Below, one piece after another: positions 44,415-44,897 of a DNA stretch of 44,897 bases (within the stretch, counting starts at the first letter, position 1; each line of letters opens with the position of its first letter). A model generated the notes under the pieces. The model ran no database searches. It was not told the DNA's origin and worked only from the letters and a program-made list of their open reading frames with translations. The DNA comes from Octopus bimaculoides (Eukaryota), in the NCBI RefSeq assembly GCF_001194135.2, contig NC_068997.1, forward strand, positions 35,295,782 to 35,340,678, written 5' to 3'. The position numbers and the translations under genes are program-made.

Positions 44415-44897
44415 TGATGATAATAATAATAATAGTGAAAACGAAAGCCATCCCCATTAGAAGAGGAATATTCCAGGGAGACACGCTCTCTCCACTCCTG
44501 TTCTGCCTGGCACTCACACCTTTAACCGAATTGCTAAATAGAACTGGATGCGGATACAAAAGTTATGGCATAACAGTCAGCCACCTTTTATATATGGATG
44601 ACCTAAAATTATACGCTAGAAATGACAAAGAGCTGGAAACACTACTACAGACAATACATGGCTTTACCAAGGAAATAAATATGAAATTCGGATTAGAAAA
44701 ATGTGCCAAAGCAACCCTGAAAAGAGGAAAATTAGTTAAAAGTAGCAACATCACACTAGATAAAGCCAATGAAATAAGAGAACTAGACGAAAGCCAGCCA
44801 TACAAATATTTAGGAGTCAATGAACTAGATAGGATACAACACACACAAATGAAAGAAAAAATAAAGAAAGAGTACTAATAGACGAGTTAGATCAATA
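44377..44897 (+). mobile_element. (AAT)/(GAT)n array (44377-44433) followed by R4/Dong-like RT fragment running off the window
   Basis: IRRGIFQGDTLSPLLFCLAL, SHLLYMDDLKLY, MKFGLEKCAK, YKYLG. Confidence 0.9.

Overview
AT-rich, repeat-dense eukaryotic genomic DNA with three assembly gaps (N at 12282-12538, 21465-21916, 41702-41794). The SINE/RTE repertoire suggests a coleoid cephalopod, probably Octopus; this is from recognition, not a search. The only host protein gene found is PEX10 (peroxisomal RING E3 ligase) on the minus strand. Four in-frame GT-AG exons (25453-25707, 20499-20659, 16003-16138, 13123-13194) encode its C-terminal ~207 aa; the N-terminal exons were not found and probably lie beyond the right edge. 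A CpG/ETS-rich promoter and probable non-coding first exon of a second minus-strand gene sit at the left edge. Almost everything else is decayed mobile DNA: RTE, Tx1/L1 and R4/Dong-like (RLE) LINEs, Penelope-like elements (PLEs), a Gypsy LTR+gag, Helitron pieces, mariner/maT, hAT and TA MITEs, tRNA-SINEs and microsatellites. The most notable patterns are (i) about nine R4/Dong-like fragments, most abutting sense-strand (AAT)n arrays and interleaved with PLE termini, (ii) a ~600-bp non-coding element with interleaved inverted repeats and a candidate minimal hammerhead ribozyme, (iii) loop-less fold-back palindromes and inverted termini linked to PLE ends, and (iv) a possible degenerate HDV-like ribozyme at the 5' end of the longest R4-like copy. 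No prokaryotic-type system (CRISPR, operon) is present.
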